From the NCBI RefSeq assembly GCF_009914755.1, contig NC_060938.1: a stretch of 64,000 nucleotides of DNA. The stretch is one strand, 5' to 3'. Position numbers and translations under genes: made by a program. Below, one piece after another: positions 40,771 to 54,860 of the stretch (position 1 is its first letter; each line of letters opens with the position of its first letter). Origin of the DNA: the human T2T-CHM13v2.0 reference genome, Homo sapiens. The notes under the pieces were generated by a model. The model made no database searches, was not told where the DNA came from, and was given only the letters and a program-made list of their open reading frames with translations.

Positions 40771-43700
40771 TAAATAACCAAACAAATGTGCCTCAATTCC
40801 CTCCTTTGGAGCTCAGGAATGTCTTCCTTCCAAACCACATGGCACTGTGCTGAAATGGGGGTAGATGGTACATACAGGAATGGCTACGTTCCTATTACAA
40901 AACATGGTCCTGGCCAGGCAAGAATTATTTAATGTGCCTGATGAATACTGATGTCTGATAAGAATGTTTTTGTAAGGAAAATTTTGTTGACCGCAAGCTT
41001 TATTCCAACCAGTAAATGCTTTGAAATTGTCACAGTATAACTAACTCCCATGCAGTCATCCATAAACTTTTTAGTGAGCAGCTATTATGAGTCTCTCAGT
41101 ACCATGGGTGCTGGGAATATAGTGCTCCATGCGTCACAGAGATTGGAGTTCATAGAAAAGTAAAAGAAGCATGTCCTTACTCACAGGTTTATTTTATTTT
41201 CCAAAGTATATATTTTTTAAAAAATTCTAATTGGAGCTTAATTATCAGTAATGAGTTGTATGGTGGGTGATTTGTAGTATATTCTGAACATCTGGTATTG
41301 TGTGCTAAATCTCAAACGGTTGTTTTGACAAACCAAACACAAGGTTATGAGTACTCTTTTTATTCTGCTTCACATTTGGGTGTCTTTGGAGAATTGCTCC
41401 AAAAAATTCCAAATTAAAAAATAAAATGAGACACTTAAATAGCTGGTAAAAAATAAAATATGCTTTTTGAATTTCTTTTTATTGGTTTTTTTATTCGTCT
41501 GTGTCATGGAAATATTAGTAGTATGAAATAGACTATATATTTTTAAAATCTCTTAAATAGGATATAGTGCAGATTAGACCCATCCAGACCCAATGTCTAT
41601 GGTAGCATTTTATATAGATATTTAATATAAATGGCTGAGTCTCAAGGCTGATGAGTTTTTCATTTGTTTCTAATGAGTAACATGTGCTTAACATTTCACT
41701 GCACTATAGCCCAGAGTTTTATAAAATCTGATTAAATGATTCAGTTACAGTGAAATAGACTAAAGGGTCAGATCAAAATCTTTTGAATCTGCCTCCAGCT
41801 ATCTAATAAGAGACTTGGCAGATTGTTTCAGCTAAATGTGAAGCCATTCGAATGCTCAGCAAGTATTTTAAATTCGTATTTGACATTATAGATCATATGT
41901 CTATAATTAATCAAGTGTTAAAAGTCTAGGATTTTGTCTCACCAATGGAAGAGATAATTCTTACATAATATCAATCCTAGTGTCTCTGAATGGAAGAGTC
42001 TACTTATTAAATGCCTTGATAGTAGAGACAAACTACTGAGGGAGGAGAGTAAAAATTCCCACATCAATTTGTATTTAGAAACAAGCTTCAAATCTCCACC
42101 ATTATGTAGCTGTCAACTGATGGATATATTCTAATCAGTGTCTCACTGTGTCTTTAAAATTAGAAAAACAAGAGAGTAATGGTGATATTTCATTTTTCAA
42201 AGATTGGCTATTGTTCAACAGCCTTGCATAGTTATCTAATTGGTGAGATTATTTCTACGGCTGAGGGGTAAGCTATCAATAAAAATAATAAAGAGTTTGT
42301 GGTAATTACAGGAGCCTATATTAGTACACAATTCTTTTTCCCCTGAAATACATTGTGCAATTATTTATACATGAAGTGAAAGAAATGGTTATTAAACCTT
42401 CACTAAAGAGATAGAGGACAGGTTATGCTTCCACTAAAAAGTTTAGTGATTTTTAAACCAAGCAACTTTTAAAGTATGGTGACAAATCAGTAGACTAATG
42501 AGACCTCATAAGATGACTTACAGGCCAGTAACAAATGGTGTGTCCCACCAACCTCAAATGAATGACACTTTAGATGTAAACACTCTTCATCCTGAAGAAT
42601 TTATTTTAAACTGAGACTTTTATGCACATACTCTTTCATTCATTGAGTTCCTATTATATACCCAGCATCATTACCAACAGGGAAAAGCCTGTGTACTCTA
42701 TACCATGTTTGGGAGATAAATAATTATTGTGAATAAATGAGGATATACAAACTGTGTAAAAAGGCAAAAGCTGTCATCAGTGAAAAAAGGAATTAAAAGT
42801 AAAAAGGGGTTGTTGGTGAGAGCATAAAAAAAGTTACTTTTGAGTCTAAAATGGAAAGATGGGTTAATCTTGCAGAAAATAAAATGGACAGTCCAGGTAA
42901 GAAAAGAAAATAACTGAGAAAAGCTTTTATGTTGAGTGAAATCAGTATATTTGAGAAAGCAAAACAGAGGGAGATAATTTATATAGTGGGTAGAGGGCAG
43001 TAAAGTTGAATAGGTACAATGATATCAGATTAGAGGGGACATTGAATGACAAGCTAATTTGTTATTAATTTTTTACTATACAATTTTCCAGAGAAAAAAT
43101 GAGCACACAAATTCTAATAATATTAGAATTATAAAATAATAATATTAATAATTCTATTATTAATCTGCAAGACCATGCGCAAGCACTTCTATATATCTGC
43201 ACCTCCATGTTTATCCTGTATACTTTGATCTACAGGCGTAAACACCCTTCAATATCTCAAATTTCTGCAAAAGTCTATGAACCTAAAATTTAAAAAACCC
43301 TACCAATTCAACATGATACTAAATGGACATGGAACCCAATACAATGATAGTCACAGATTTACTTGATTGTAAGAAGCCACTCACAACATGAGAAAAAGGT
43401 GAAACTAACAGGGAGTTCTGCATAAGCCATCTCCCTTCCATGGTTCCAAGGCTCTATATCTCACTGTCTATCAAACACATGGACTCCTAGTCTATGCCAG
43501 GAACCATTCTAGTCACTTTATATGAAGTCAATGCTATACTCATTTTAGAAATAAGAAAACTGAGAGTAAGAGGGAGAAACACAAAAATCATACAGTAAGT
43601 AAGGAGTCAACCTGTGATTCAAGCACAAGCCAATTCCATCTAAAGACCGGCTTATTGGATATCCTTTAAAGTTCTTTAGTGAAGGTATATGGCTGTAAGC

Positions 43701-44349
43701 TTTCTCAGGTTTACTTTTTAAATCTAAAAATTCCTATATTTTATCCTTGTTCTTGACAAGTGAGCTTGTTTTACAATCTCTTTGGTGTTTTCTTCTACCG
43801 AGAACCAGATAGCATTCTTTGCCCTGGGCCATGTTGGCTTCCCCCATGGTCCTAGTTTAATCTGACTGTGTTAGATTCAGCTTCTTCACCCGCCCTTGAA
43901 TCCAAGACAGTCATTTGTTCCTGACTGCAGAAGTGATCCTCCTCTGTCCTTAGCCCTGTGGTGTTCATTTACTACCTTCTCCTCTTATAAGTTGTTTCTA
44001 CCATTTTTTCCCTTCTTACACTTACCTTCTTGGAGACATTGTTGCCTCCCTCAACCTCCACATTTGGTCAGCTGTCGAGCATTATCAACATTACTTCATA
44101 AGAGATTTTTCATTTGTCGTTTTTTTTTTTTTTTAGAACCTATTCCTCTCTTGCCACCCATATTTTCTTCTGTAATTCTCTGAAACTTGTCAATGGAAAA
44201 ATCTTCTAGTTAATTTTCTTAAATTTGCTTATGCCTCTCTTTCTCCTTACTAACACAACACTACTATATCACACTTCCCCAACACCAGTTTGTAAATGTA
44301 TAGCTTAAAAGCTTTTAATTTATTACCACTAACTACAACAGAAGTCAGC

Positions 44350-44505
44350 ACAGTTTTATTAGAACACAGTCGTACCTATTTGTATCCCTAATGTCTATGG
44401 TTGCCTTTTTACTATAACAACAGAGTTGAATGATTGCAGCAGAGATTGTAAGGTCCTCAAATCCTAAAATACTTTAATTTAAAGAGAAGATCTTCTAATC
44501 CCTGA
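44350..44505. mobile_element. MER58A-like MITE
   Basis: GTTTTATTAGAACACAG...GTCTATGGTTGC...ACAGAGTTGAATG...CCTAAAATA...CCCTG. Confidence 0.7.
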
Positions 44506-44729
44506 ACCGCAGAATAAATCCAAATCCTAATCTTAATAATTCAAGGATTCCAAGAAGCTTTTCAATCTTCTCTCCCATCAGTCTCCCAAAAGAATTAACA
44601 ATTTGGTCAAATTATTGAACTAGGCACATATAACCCTAGGCCTTCTACGTGAAATGCACTCCCTTAGCATATTCCATCCCATCTATTTATAAACAATCTG
44701 CAGTTCCTCCACGGATCCACTTATACATC

Positions 44730-45104
44730 TGTATTAGTCTGTTTTCACGCTGCTGATAAAGACATACCCAAGACTGGGTAATTTATAAAGAAAAAGAGTG
44801 GGTTAATGGACTCACAGTTCCACATGGCTGGGGAGGCCTCACAATAATGGTGGAAGATGAAGGAAGAGCAAAGGGGCTTCTTACATGGCAGCAGGCAAAG
44901 AGAGAATGAGAACTCAGTGAAAGGGGTTTCCATTTATAAAACCATCAGATCTCGTGAGACTTATTCACTACCAGGAGAACAGTATGGGGGGAACCACCTC
45001 CATGATTCAATTATCTCCCCCTGGGTCCCTCCCACAACACTTGGGAATTATGGGAGCTACAATTCAAGATGAGATTTGGCTGGGGGCACAGCCAAATCAT
45101 GTCG
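44730..45104 (-). mobile_element. THE1B-like solo LTR
   Basis: TGTATTAGTCTGTTTTCACGCTGCTGATAAAGACATACCC; exact TSD ACATC. Confidence 0.92.
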
Positions 45105-46075
45105 ACATCTTTCTCAACAGAGCTTTTTCTCAACCATCTCATCCCACAGCTTCACTCATATTGTAACTCACAAAGTACTGCCTCAGAATATTAGTCTATA
45201 TTGGCATTTTTCTTCTGATGTATATATTCCATTTCTCCAACAAAACCTGTGGACTATAGCTTCAAATCTTTTGCATGCTCAGCACCTAGGACAGTGCCAT
45301 CATGGCATAGTGGAAATGCCGGGAGGGGAGAGGACGTTTTGAATTCAGACAGAGCTGTGTTTAAAGCTATATGTTTCTTAGCCTTACTGAGCCTCACCTT
45401 CCTCATCTATAAAATGCATAATTGTATTGCTTTAATTCTCAGCACTTCTTTTTTTCCTTCTCATCACACTGATTTTTCTTGGCTTTTTCAATACCTGTCA
45501 TCCACACAAAGTTTTATAGGCTCAATAAAGGAGGAGCCACAATTCACTCAGGTATCCTCCACTCTTGGCATAGGAACTGGAAAAATTTGCTGAAAGAATG
45601 TACCAATGAAAGCTCATTTTAGAAGGTTTTGTTGAAAACCTTTTTCCTTTTCACTTTCCTATACATTAGATGAAAAGAACTTAACAACTATGGTGATTTC
45701 ATGTTGATCAGAATGCACAAAAACTGATACACAATTGATTTGTTAGAAAACAAATTCATAAAAATGCAAGGCCAAGATATTTAAATGTGTTACATCTGTG
45801 AAAATCATGTACTTCAGAGTCTACAGAAGACAGAAAAATATTGCTTATAAGGATAAGCATTTTAAAGAGCTCACTGTCTGGAAATCATGAAAAGCTGCAC
45901 ATTTGACCTCAAAAAGTAAGTGGAGTTTCATACATTCTTGACATGTCAAGGGAAAAAAATTCATAACACTAAAATGAATTGCCTATAAACATTAAACATC
46001 CAAGGATTTCCAATCAAGTTTCCTTGGACTATTTCCCTGTAACCTTTTTTTGGTGGTTGGTTGTTACACAGCAAA

Positions 46076-46111
46076 GATATAGATAGATGGATAGATGGAT
46101 GGATGGATGGG

Positions 46112-46164
<53 letters not shown>

Positions 46165-46185
46165 CATACATACATAGAGATATAT
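46076..46185. repeat. Compound (GGAT)n/(GATA)n/(CATA)n STR
   Basis: Direct reading. Confidence 0.9.
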
Positions 46186-49099
46186 AGCTATATGAGGAGG
46201 TTTTCCATGAATCCAATATTTACTTTCTCTTTGCACTGTTCTTGTCAGATATTTGAGTGGAAATTGTGATTTATAAGATTAGGCAGGGCTTTGGTAGGTA
46301 GGAGTGACTGTGGTTAAACTCAGTTCAACACTAAAGAAATATCATACTATAGGTCAAAAGCCAAGGCCTCACCCTAACCTTGGAGTCTAACAGAGAGCTG
46401 AATGATCATGTTAAGTCATTTGACCTCTTTGGATTCTTCACCTAAAAAACAAATGGATTGATTTGTGTGATCTCTGATACTCCTCCTAGCACCAGACAAA
46501 TCCATGAGCCTTTGCAAATGCATAGAGCAATTGGGATTTAAGAGTCATATTAGCTTTGTTTCTTTCAAAAACACCGTACCTCTCTTTCCTTCGCCAAAAA
46601 ATCATAAAACATTTTTCACTAGAGAAAATTCAGGAGTGCAATGACTTACTTCCAGGCAGATTTATTGAAGATGGAAAATCCCAAACACACGCTGGCATCC
46701 AAAAAATCAATGCCATACACTTCAAGGGTTTTCAGGAGCAGTATCTTTCTCTTATCTTTAGGAAAGAGGAATGGGTAAAAAATCTGTGAGCTAATAATAT
46801 TGAACAATAAAACAAATCTCCCTTTCAAGTAATTTTTTCCCTAATTTTCTACATACTTTTACAGTAAACCATTTTTCTATGGATATTTCTATCCAATGGC
46901 AGATTCTATCCCCTGACCCTTTTGTCAGCAACTTATTCTAAATTTTCAAATTTTCAATGCAATGTGGCCATAGCTGCCTTTTGTATCTCTTTTTCTCATT
47001 TCTAGAGTTGGCAGCAGTTCCTGTGCATTATTTAAAGTGAACTAGGTAATATTATTCATAAATGCCGACACCCTCCTCCCTTCTCCTCACCCCCCTCCCT
47101 TCACATGATGATATAGCGGCTGGGAAGGAGAAGTCAGGTGGAGCACAAAATAATTTATTATACTTTATAATTCCTCGAAGAGCATTTTATCTCTGCTTCC
47201 CTCCCACACACATTGTATACACACCACTGCCCTGTGGGTCACTTCAGACACTCGAAGCAGAGTCAGACAAAACATATATTAACCGTAAATTATCTCTGCA
47301 AACCATGTGAATCAGATAGCACAAAGGCAAAGGGCACATCCAACAAAAAGGCTGAGCTCTGTGATTAATGAATGGGACAAACAGGAGGCAAATACAGTAG
47401 ACAATTTTAATGAACCTCTGACCCACCTCCAAGATTTGTGAGGAAGCGGCACTCCCATGAAGGGTTTGGAGGAAAGCAGGAGCCAGGTACAAAAGAAAAT
47501 AGCCACTTTAAGGATTCAGCACTGAGCAAGACAATTAGGAGCAAAGCTGACTTTATCTTTGAAGTTGTAGATTATGAAGGTTATATCCCAAATGTTCACT
47601 TACTACCAGCCTGTGGGCACAGATGACCCCTGAAAAGCAACAATAATTCAAATTTCACTGGACTGTTGTCCCTACCAATGTAAAGCATTCTCTCTCTACC
47701 CACCCAGGTATGCCTATGTATCTTAGTGGATATTTTACACGTATTCATGAACCCATCTACCAGTAGATTTAATGTTCTATCACTTCCCCATTGGATACAA
47801 TCATGGCATTATTGCCTCACCTGCTACTTATCTGGCCCACCTTTCCTGACAGTGGCCACCATCACTCCACTAGGCAACACGGTCCATGGCAGCTCTTCCA
47901 TGCCACCCAGTAGGATGTAGCATCTTCCTGTCACAGCCTGCCATCAACCCACTGAGCTAGCAATCCCCTGACCTAGTTGCTGCTCATTCACCACTCACTC
48001 ATTCATTCAACCAGCGTTTTGCATCTGTTATGTTCCAACTACTGCTTAGGTGCTTTGAACACAGTAATGAACAAGTCAGATTACTCCTAAATTCAGTGAA
48101 GTAAGAAGAATTTTAAAAGTAATTTTAAAAAGAATTTTAAAAGAAGAAATTTAAAAGGAGAAGGCTGTGGGGGAAACACTCTGAAGGAGGATGGTCACAT
48201 GGAGGGCAGTCACAGTGCAACCTCTCATTTCTCTCTTTACCACACAAGTCTTCTTAAAGCTGTAAAATTAAGATACTGCTGTCTCGGTGATTGCTCATGA
48301 AAGCCAGCAAGGGCCTGATGGGTGGAGCTGACAGAACCCAAACAACCCTCCAGAATACAAGAGAACCATGAAGAAATGAACTCAGAAATTTGAACTAATT
48401 CATGGGAAGTCCTTACAACATCTGTGTAGTTTTTAACCAAGTGTTTCTAGACCTTTGAGGGATAAAAAAATACCCAAGTGAACTGTGGGTTGCATGACAA
48501 AGAAAATCCCAGATATACAATGATAATGAATTCAGGTACTTTGGCACTTGGGAACTACTGTTAATTGGTTAATTAGGGAAGTTAGTGACTCCTAGACAAT
48601 ATGTTTAATAATAAAGAGAGAGCATAAGAGAGATACAAAGTAGATAAAGAAGAAGAAAGGAAACTAATATTGTTTACCACCTACTATATGTCAAGCTGTG
48701 TGTATCCTATATTTTCTCTCATTTAATTCTCACAACAACCCTTCTGAGGCAGGCATGGTCCCAATATAGAAATGTTAAAGCTGAAACTTAAAGAAGATAA
48801 GCATCTTGCCAGTGTCACCCTGCTTGGAATGGAGGAGCTGCCTGAGAAGGGCAAATGTTGGCTTCTGACTCAGCATTCCAACAGATCCCTGGAAATGCTT
48901 ACCCACTTTCCAAGGCCCTTAGCAGTCACTGGAGGTTGGACAATCAACTGAAATGACCAAGTCTCCATAAAGGTGCCATAAATCAAAACAATAGGATCAG
49001 GCTCACTCATAAATCGTCCTGCTTCCAGCCAACTCAAGAAGATTCTATCTTCTGGCACTAAAACATTGAAGAAAGTGCTCAAACTCAATTGAGACTTAC

Positions 49100-49123
49100 C
49101 AGATTGTCTTCACCCGGTTCTTT
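49100..49123 (-). other. Candidate 24-nt microexon
   Basis: Minus strand: catttcattccttatag|AAAGAACCGGGTGAAGACAATCTG|gtaagt. Confidence 0.35.
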
Positions 49124-49939
49124 CTATAAGGAATGAAATGTCAAGGCAAGGTAAAGCATTTATAGCCATGGCAATGGTGTGGCTTCAAATCATCCACAGA
49201 ACTTTTTCAGAATACTCAATTCCAGACCTCCCCTTCTGGAAATTTGAATTCATTAGGCTTTGGCCAGACCAGAAAAAATGCATTTCTAAAAGGTTTCACA
49301 AGGGATGTTATGTACACATCATTGTGATTCTCACATAAGCAACACAGTTGAGCTCTACTTTATTAATAAAAATAATGACAGGAAAAGCCATCCAATTTAA
49401 TAAAAGCTTGGTTTAAAAGATTTTTAATGAAATTTACCTTATTTATCATGGAGATTGTTAAAGACGGGAACTATAATGCAAGATTTCATCTCTAACTACC
49501 AAGAGATCAACAGGAGTCTTGAGAGTAGCCTCTGGATATGTGATCCTCCCCACATAAGCAATAATGCTCCTGGTAAGACTATTTTAGGAGGCAGAATGTT
49601 AGCAAGTATGATTTCCTTCCTTGCCAAGCCCTGTGGTAATGCACAGCTCTTGTGCCTTGGACAAGACCTGTTTAGTTGCAGTTTTTCACCTTGAGCAGCT
49701 CCTGGAGTTCATGACCACTCCTAGACACCCGCTTCCTGGATATATAGTAGTCAATGATGTTTCACATTCAGCTGGCCTCTTCACTTTCATTGTCCAGTCC
49801 AATTTATGGTATCCTCTTAAACTCACAAGCTACTTTACCATCATACACACTTTACACGGTGATTTGATGCCAAACTTTTTCCATCTATGTTTCCTACATG
49901 TAATCCAAAACTATGTAAAGACATGTAATGGAAACATGA

Positions 49940-50200
49940 CAGAATATTTTATGATTATTATTAAATTGAGTGTTTACTATGGACCAGGTAACTTAAGTGT
50001 GTTATGTCTATTAACTCCTTTAATCATCCCAATAAATCTATGAAATAAATACTATCCTTCATGTTACCAGTAAGGAAATCAAAGCACAGAACAGTTAAGT
50101 AAGATGACAAAAATTGCAGTGCTAGAAAATGCCAGAGGTAGAGTTTGAATTCAAACAGACTGATTCGACATGGCCCACACATACTCTTAACCTCAGCATG
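49940..50200 (-). mobile_element. MIR
   Basis: TTGAGTGTTTACTATGGACCAGG...GTAAGGAAATCAAAGCACAGA...TTTGAATTC. Confidence 0.7.
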
Positions 50201-53094
50201 TTGTTCTCTTTCCAGTTTGTTCTTCACCCTGGGTATTACCTCATCTTGGCATCAAGCTTCTGTTCAAATTACTAAAATCTCATGTCTCATTTTGCAATGA
50301 CCACATCACCTGCCATTGAGAGATCCACTGGGGAGAATCATCCCACTCCTTCTAAACCTGAGATACAAGGCATCCAATAATTGCACTAAAAATGTGCAAA
50401 TGGAGGTTTAGTATAAATATATCAGTATAATAATACATAAAATATTATATCCAAGAATACATAATAGAGCCCATGTACCCGCTATTGGCCTTTGCTTACC
50501 AGAGTGTACATAGGGTTTTTCCTCTCTAAGTATTACAAATATTTTACTATGAAACAGTGGCTGAGTAGAAAATGTCTTGAGTCAGAACGTCTGGATTCAA
50601 AAATCAGCTCTAGCAGTTAATGTCTGTATGACGCAGCCACTAGCTGTGGCCAGTTATTTAACCTCTCTGGGTTTCTGCTTCCTCTTCTATAATAACAATA
50701 ATAAGCACAACTATGGCTAGGCACCATACTAAGCGCTTTTCAGGTATTAATCCATTTAATCCCCTTTTGAAATTTATTGAGTAAGTACCAAGCTAATGGT
50801 ACAGTGACTGTTACATAGAGTCCTCAACTGAACACATAATAAATGTGTGTATGTATGTGTACAAACACACAATACATACATACCTTAGTATATAATATTA
50901 AACTCAGTACAATTGTCTGTAGGTGACCACATTCATTTTAAGAACCTGATATTTTCAATTCAAACCTGAATCTTTAATTCCAGTGCTGGTGGAAGAAGAG
51001 AATAACCTGAGAGTCTCTCTCAGAATGAGATAGTGAAAATGGTAAGGGTAGGACTCAGGAATTCCCTGGTTGTCTTGGAAGAACCTGTTACCTCTTATCC
51101 CAACTCCAGAAGTTGACAAATTGGTGGTTAGTGGAGATATTGAAGGCCAGTGCTATATTTTTTAAAAGACAACAGTAAGGTAGAGCAAAAATGTATAACA
51201 CAAAACATAAACCAGTATTTACCGTTTTTATAAAAGTTCTTTTGTATTAAGGGGACTACATTCAAAGAGGAGCAGGTGCTAGGTTAGCCAGAGAGGTAGA
51301 GAAACCCCACATCTTGCCCCATGGGGTGGGAGGAAACCTGTGATTTGGCTGTGCCTGCTGAAGAAGACCCCAGCTTCTTTGCCTGCATTCATTACTTGCA
51401 CCAACTTCATGCCAATGTGCCACTTTACACCTTGGGAATTGATTCTTTTCTCTCCATTCATCGTTCCATTTCCTATTAGATTTTACATAAAACATTACTA
51501 TCTAAGAGCCCAACCATAACAACTTTCGGGGGATCTGAGGCATCATTAGTGTGCAAGGAAACAACCATCTCTTAATAACATTTCATCTTTGTTCATACAA
51601 CAATTTCTGAGTAGAAACTACAAAGAAAACTTTCTCAGATCTTTACCATGATTGTTGGAAATATAAATTATTTATAATAGGGTACTTAATCCTGAATACA
51701 TTGAGCACAGTCATGAAAACTACAAGTCTATTATGAGATGGAGTAAAACCAAATTTGTCACATAAATAAAAACTAGACTATTAACAACTCATTTTAAGGG
51801 ACGCTGTCATATCAATCTCAATCTCTCATACCCCCAATAGAAATCGCATTCTTAGAAAAACATCAAGTCAAAAAAAATAAGGAAAAGGAGGAACGTGGGG
51901 AGGAAAAAGACAGGAGAAACAGATGTCACAGAAAAATAGGAGGAAGAAGAAGAAAAAGAAAAAAAGAAAGAGAAGGAGAAGGATAGGAAAAGGAGGCAAA
52001 GAAAAAAAGGAAAAGAGAAAGTATTATTATATTATTATTGTTTACTTTTGCAAGTGTTCACCATTGAAATCCTGAAAGCCACTCTACTTTGAATTATTAT
52101 GTGGGAACATAAAATTTTGTTAGTTAAAAATAGTTGGAGAAACTATGGAAGTAAGTAAATGACCTTCTACTTTATTTAAATGTTAAGAAAGGTGACCTTT
52201 GTAAGGGAAGTTGGCAGTATTAACAATTTAAAGCATCTTTCTGACAATACATTTAAGGGCTAGTTATTCCATAATATGGCATCACTGATTTGAGCTTGTC
52301 AGTTTGAGGGCAAACCGTTTTTTCCCTTTGCTGTTTTGCTTTTTTGGCAGATCACATCTATTTCTAGAGCTTCTGCATATAAAGTAATGCATGGAAAGAG
52401 CACTATCTCTCTGTTATTAATATCAAGCTTGTTTCATTGTGGGGTTTTTTTCCCCACTTTTTTGAAAGGATGAGCTCACCCCAAGAACATTCTTTAAAAG
52501 TGACTGACAAGTGGAGTGACGTCAGCAACATGGCTAACTAGAAAGCTCCTGACTCTTCCGCCACCCACGAATGCACCAAATAAACATCTATTTATGGATC
52601 AGTTCCCTCTGAGAGAGTGTCAGAGACCAGTAGGGAGATTTCTACCCACTAGGCCACTGAGAAAACAACCACATTGAACAGGTTGGGAAAGCTGACGCCC
52701 ATTCAGGCTTAGACCCCAGCCTAGGCGCTACACCCTAACATTAGGAAAAAAATCCCCAGTACTCAGCTTCGCCTTAGGGAGAGAATCTGGGCAGTTTCCC
52801 CTTAGGGAGAGAATATAGCGCCTCTAAGGTTCCCCATGGTTTGACTCTTAATTCACTAACTTTTGGAGTGAGGAGAATTAGACACATGCGAGTCTCTCTA
52901 GACCACAGGAAAAAGTGGGCTCTTTTATATGGGCATGCAGGCACTGCCAGGGGCTTCATTCCCCAGGAGTGATGCAGAGAAGGGGCTTTAAAAATGCAGG
53001 CCCTTGTGTCTTCCTGAAAGAAGTTTAATGCACAGTATTCCAGTGCTACTTGGCGGACTGGCTTCTAACGAACTTGCGTCAAGAAGTTAAAGGC

Positions 53095-53436
<342 letters not shown>

Positions 53437-54267
53437 TTAGTCCTCTGGCAGTCTAAGAAGAAGATCTGTACTTCTGAAGCTTTCTCCACAGTTCCCCCCA
53501 GCAATAACTCCAGGTCTCTTAATCCCTACCAGAGGAGTTTGTTCATACATCAAAAGCACCCAAACTTTTACAGCTTCAACCTGAGGGACTGCATCCTAAC
53601 CCTCCTAGCTCTCAGAGCAGAGGGGACTAAGTATACGTGAGTCTCTTTAGACTACAGAAAAAAATGGCAGTTTTATATGGGCACATAAGCACTTCCAGGG
53701 GCTTCATCTCCCAGGAGCAATACAAAGAAGGGGCTTTAAAAATGCCCATATTCAGTGAAGGGATATATGCCATGCACTGAGTGTCCCAACTTTTACAGCT
53801 ACCTCCAAGGACTCCATCCAAAAACTAAGATCTGGAAACATAAGGAACTAAGTATACATGAGTCTCCCTAGACCACAGAACACAAAGGCATCCTTAAACA
53901 GGCAAGCAAACAGGTATACACCCTGGAGCAGTGCAGAAAAAAGGTAGAAATGTACAGCTACACTTTTTGCTCTGAAAGGGGCTTATGGCGTACACTTCCA
54001 GTGGCTACTTGATGGCCTGGCTTCTAACGAACCTGCAACAGACAGCTAATGAGGAAAACAAGCCATAGCCCTCTGGCAGCCAGATTAGAGCTTGTACTTT
54101 ACAAGCCTTCCCTTCAGCTCACCCCAGTGACCTATTCATGCTTCCTGGAAGCAATCTGGCCATGCATCAAGTGCCACCATATCTTCTATAGCTCCCACCA
54201 AAAGGATTGTCTCCTTAGCAACATAGCTCTGGGAGTCGATGGGACTTTACATTCCTGAGTAGTCTAG

Positions 54268-54742
<475 letters not shown>

Positions 54743-54744
54743 AG

Positions 54745-54860
54745 CTTTATTTATTTATTTGTTTTTAAATTTTACTTTAAGTTCTGGGATACATGTGCAG
54801 AACGTGCAGTTTTGTTACATAGGTATACAAGTGCCATGGTGGTTTGCTGCCCCTATTAAC
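54745..54860 (-). mobile_element. Very short L1PA7/8-like 3' end
   Basis: ACTTTAAGTTCTGGGATACATGTGCAGAACGTGCAG...GTGCCATGGTGGTTTGCTGC. Confidence 0.85.
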
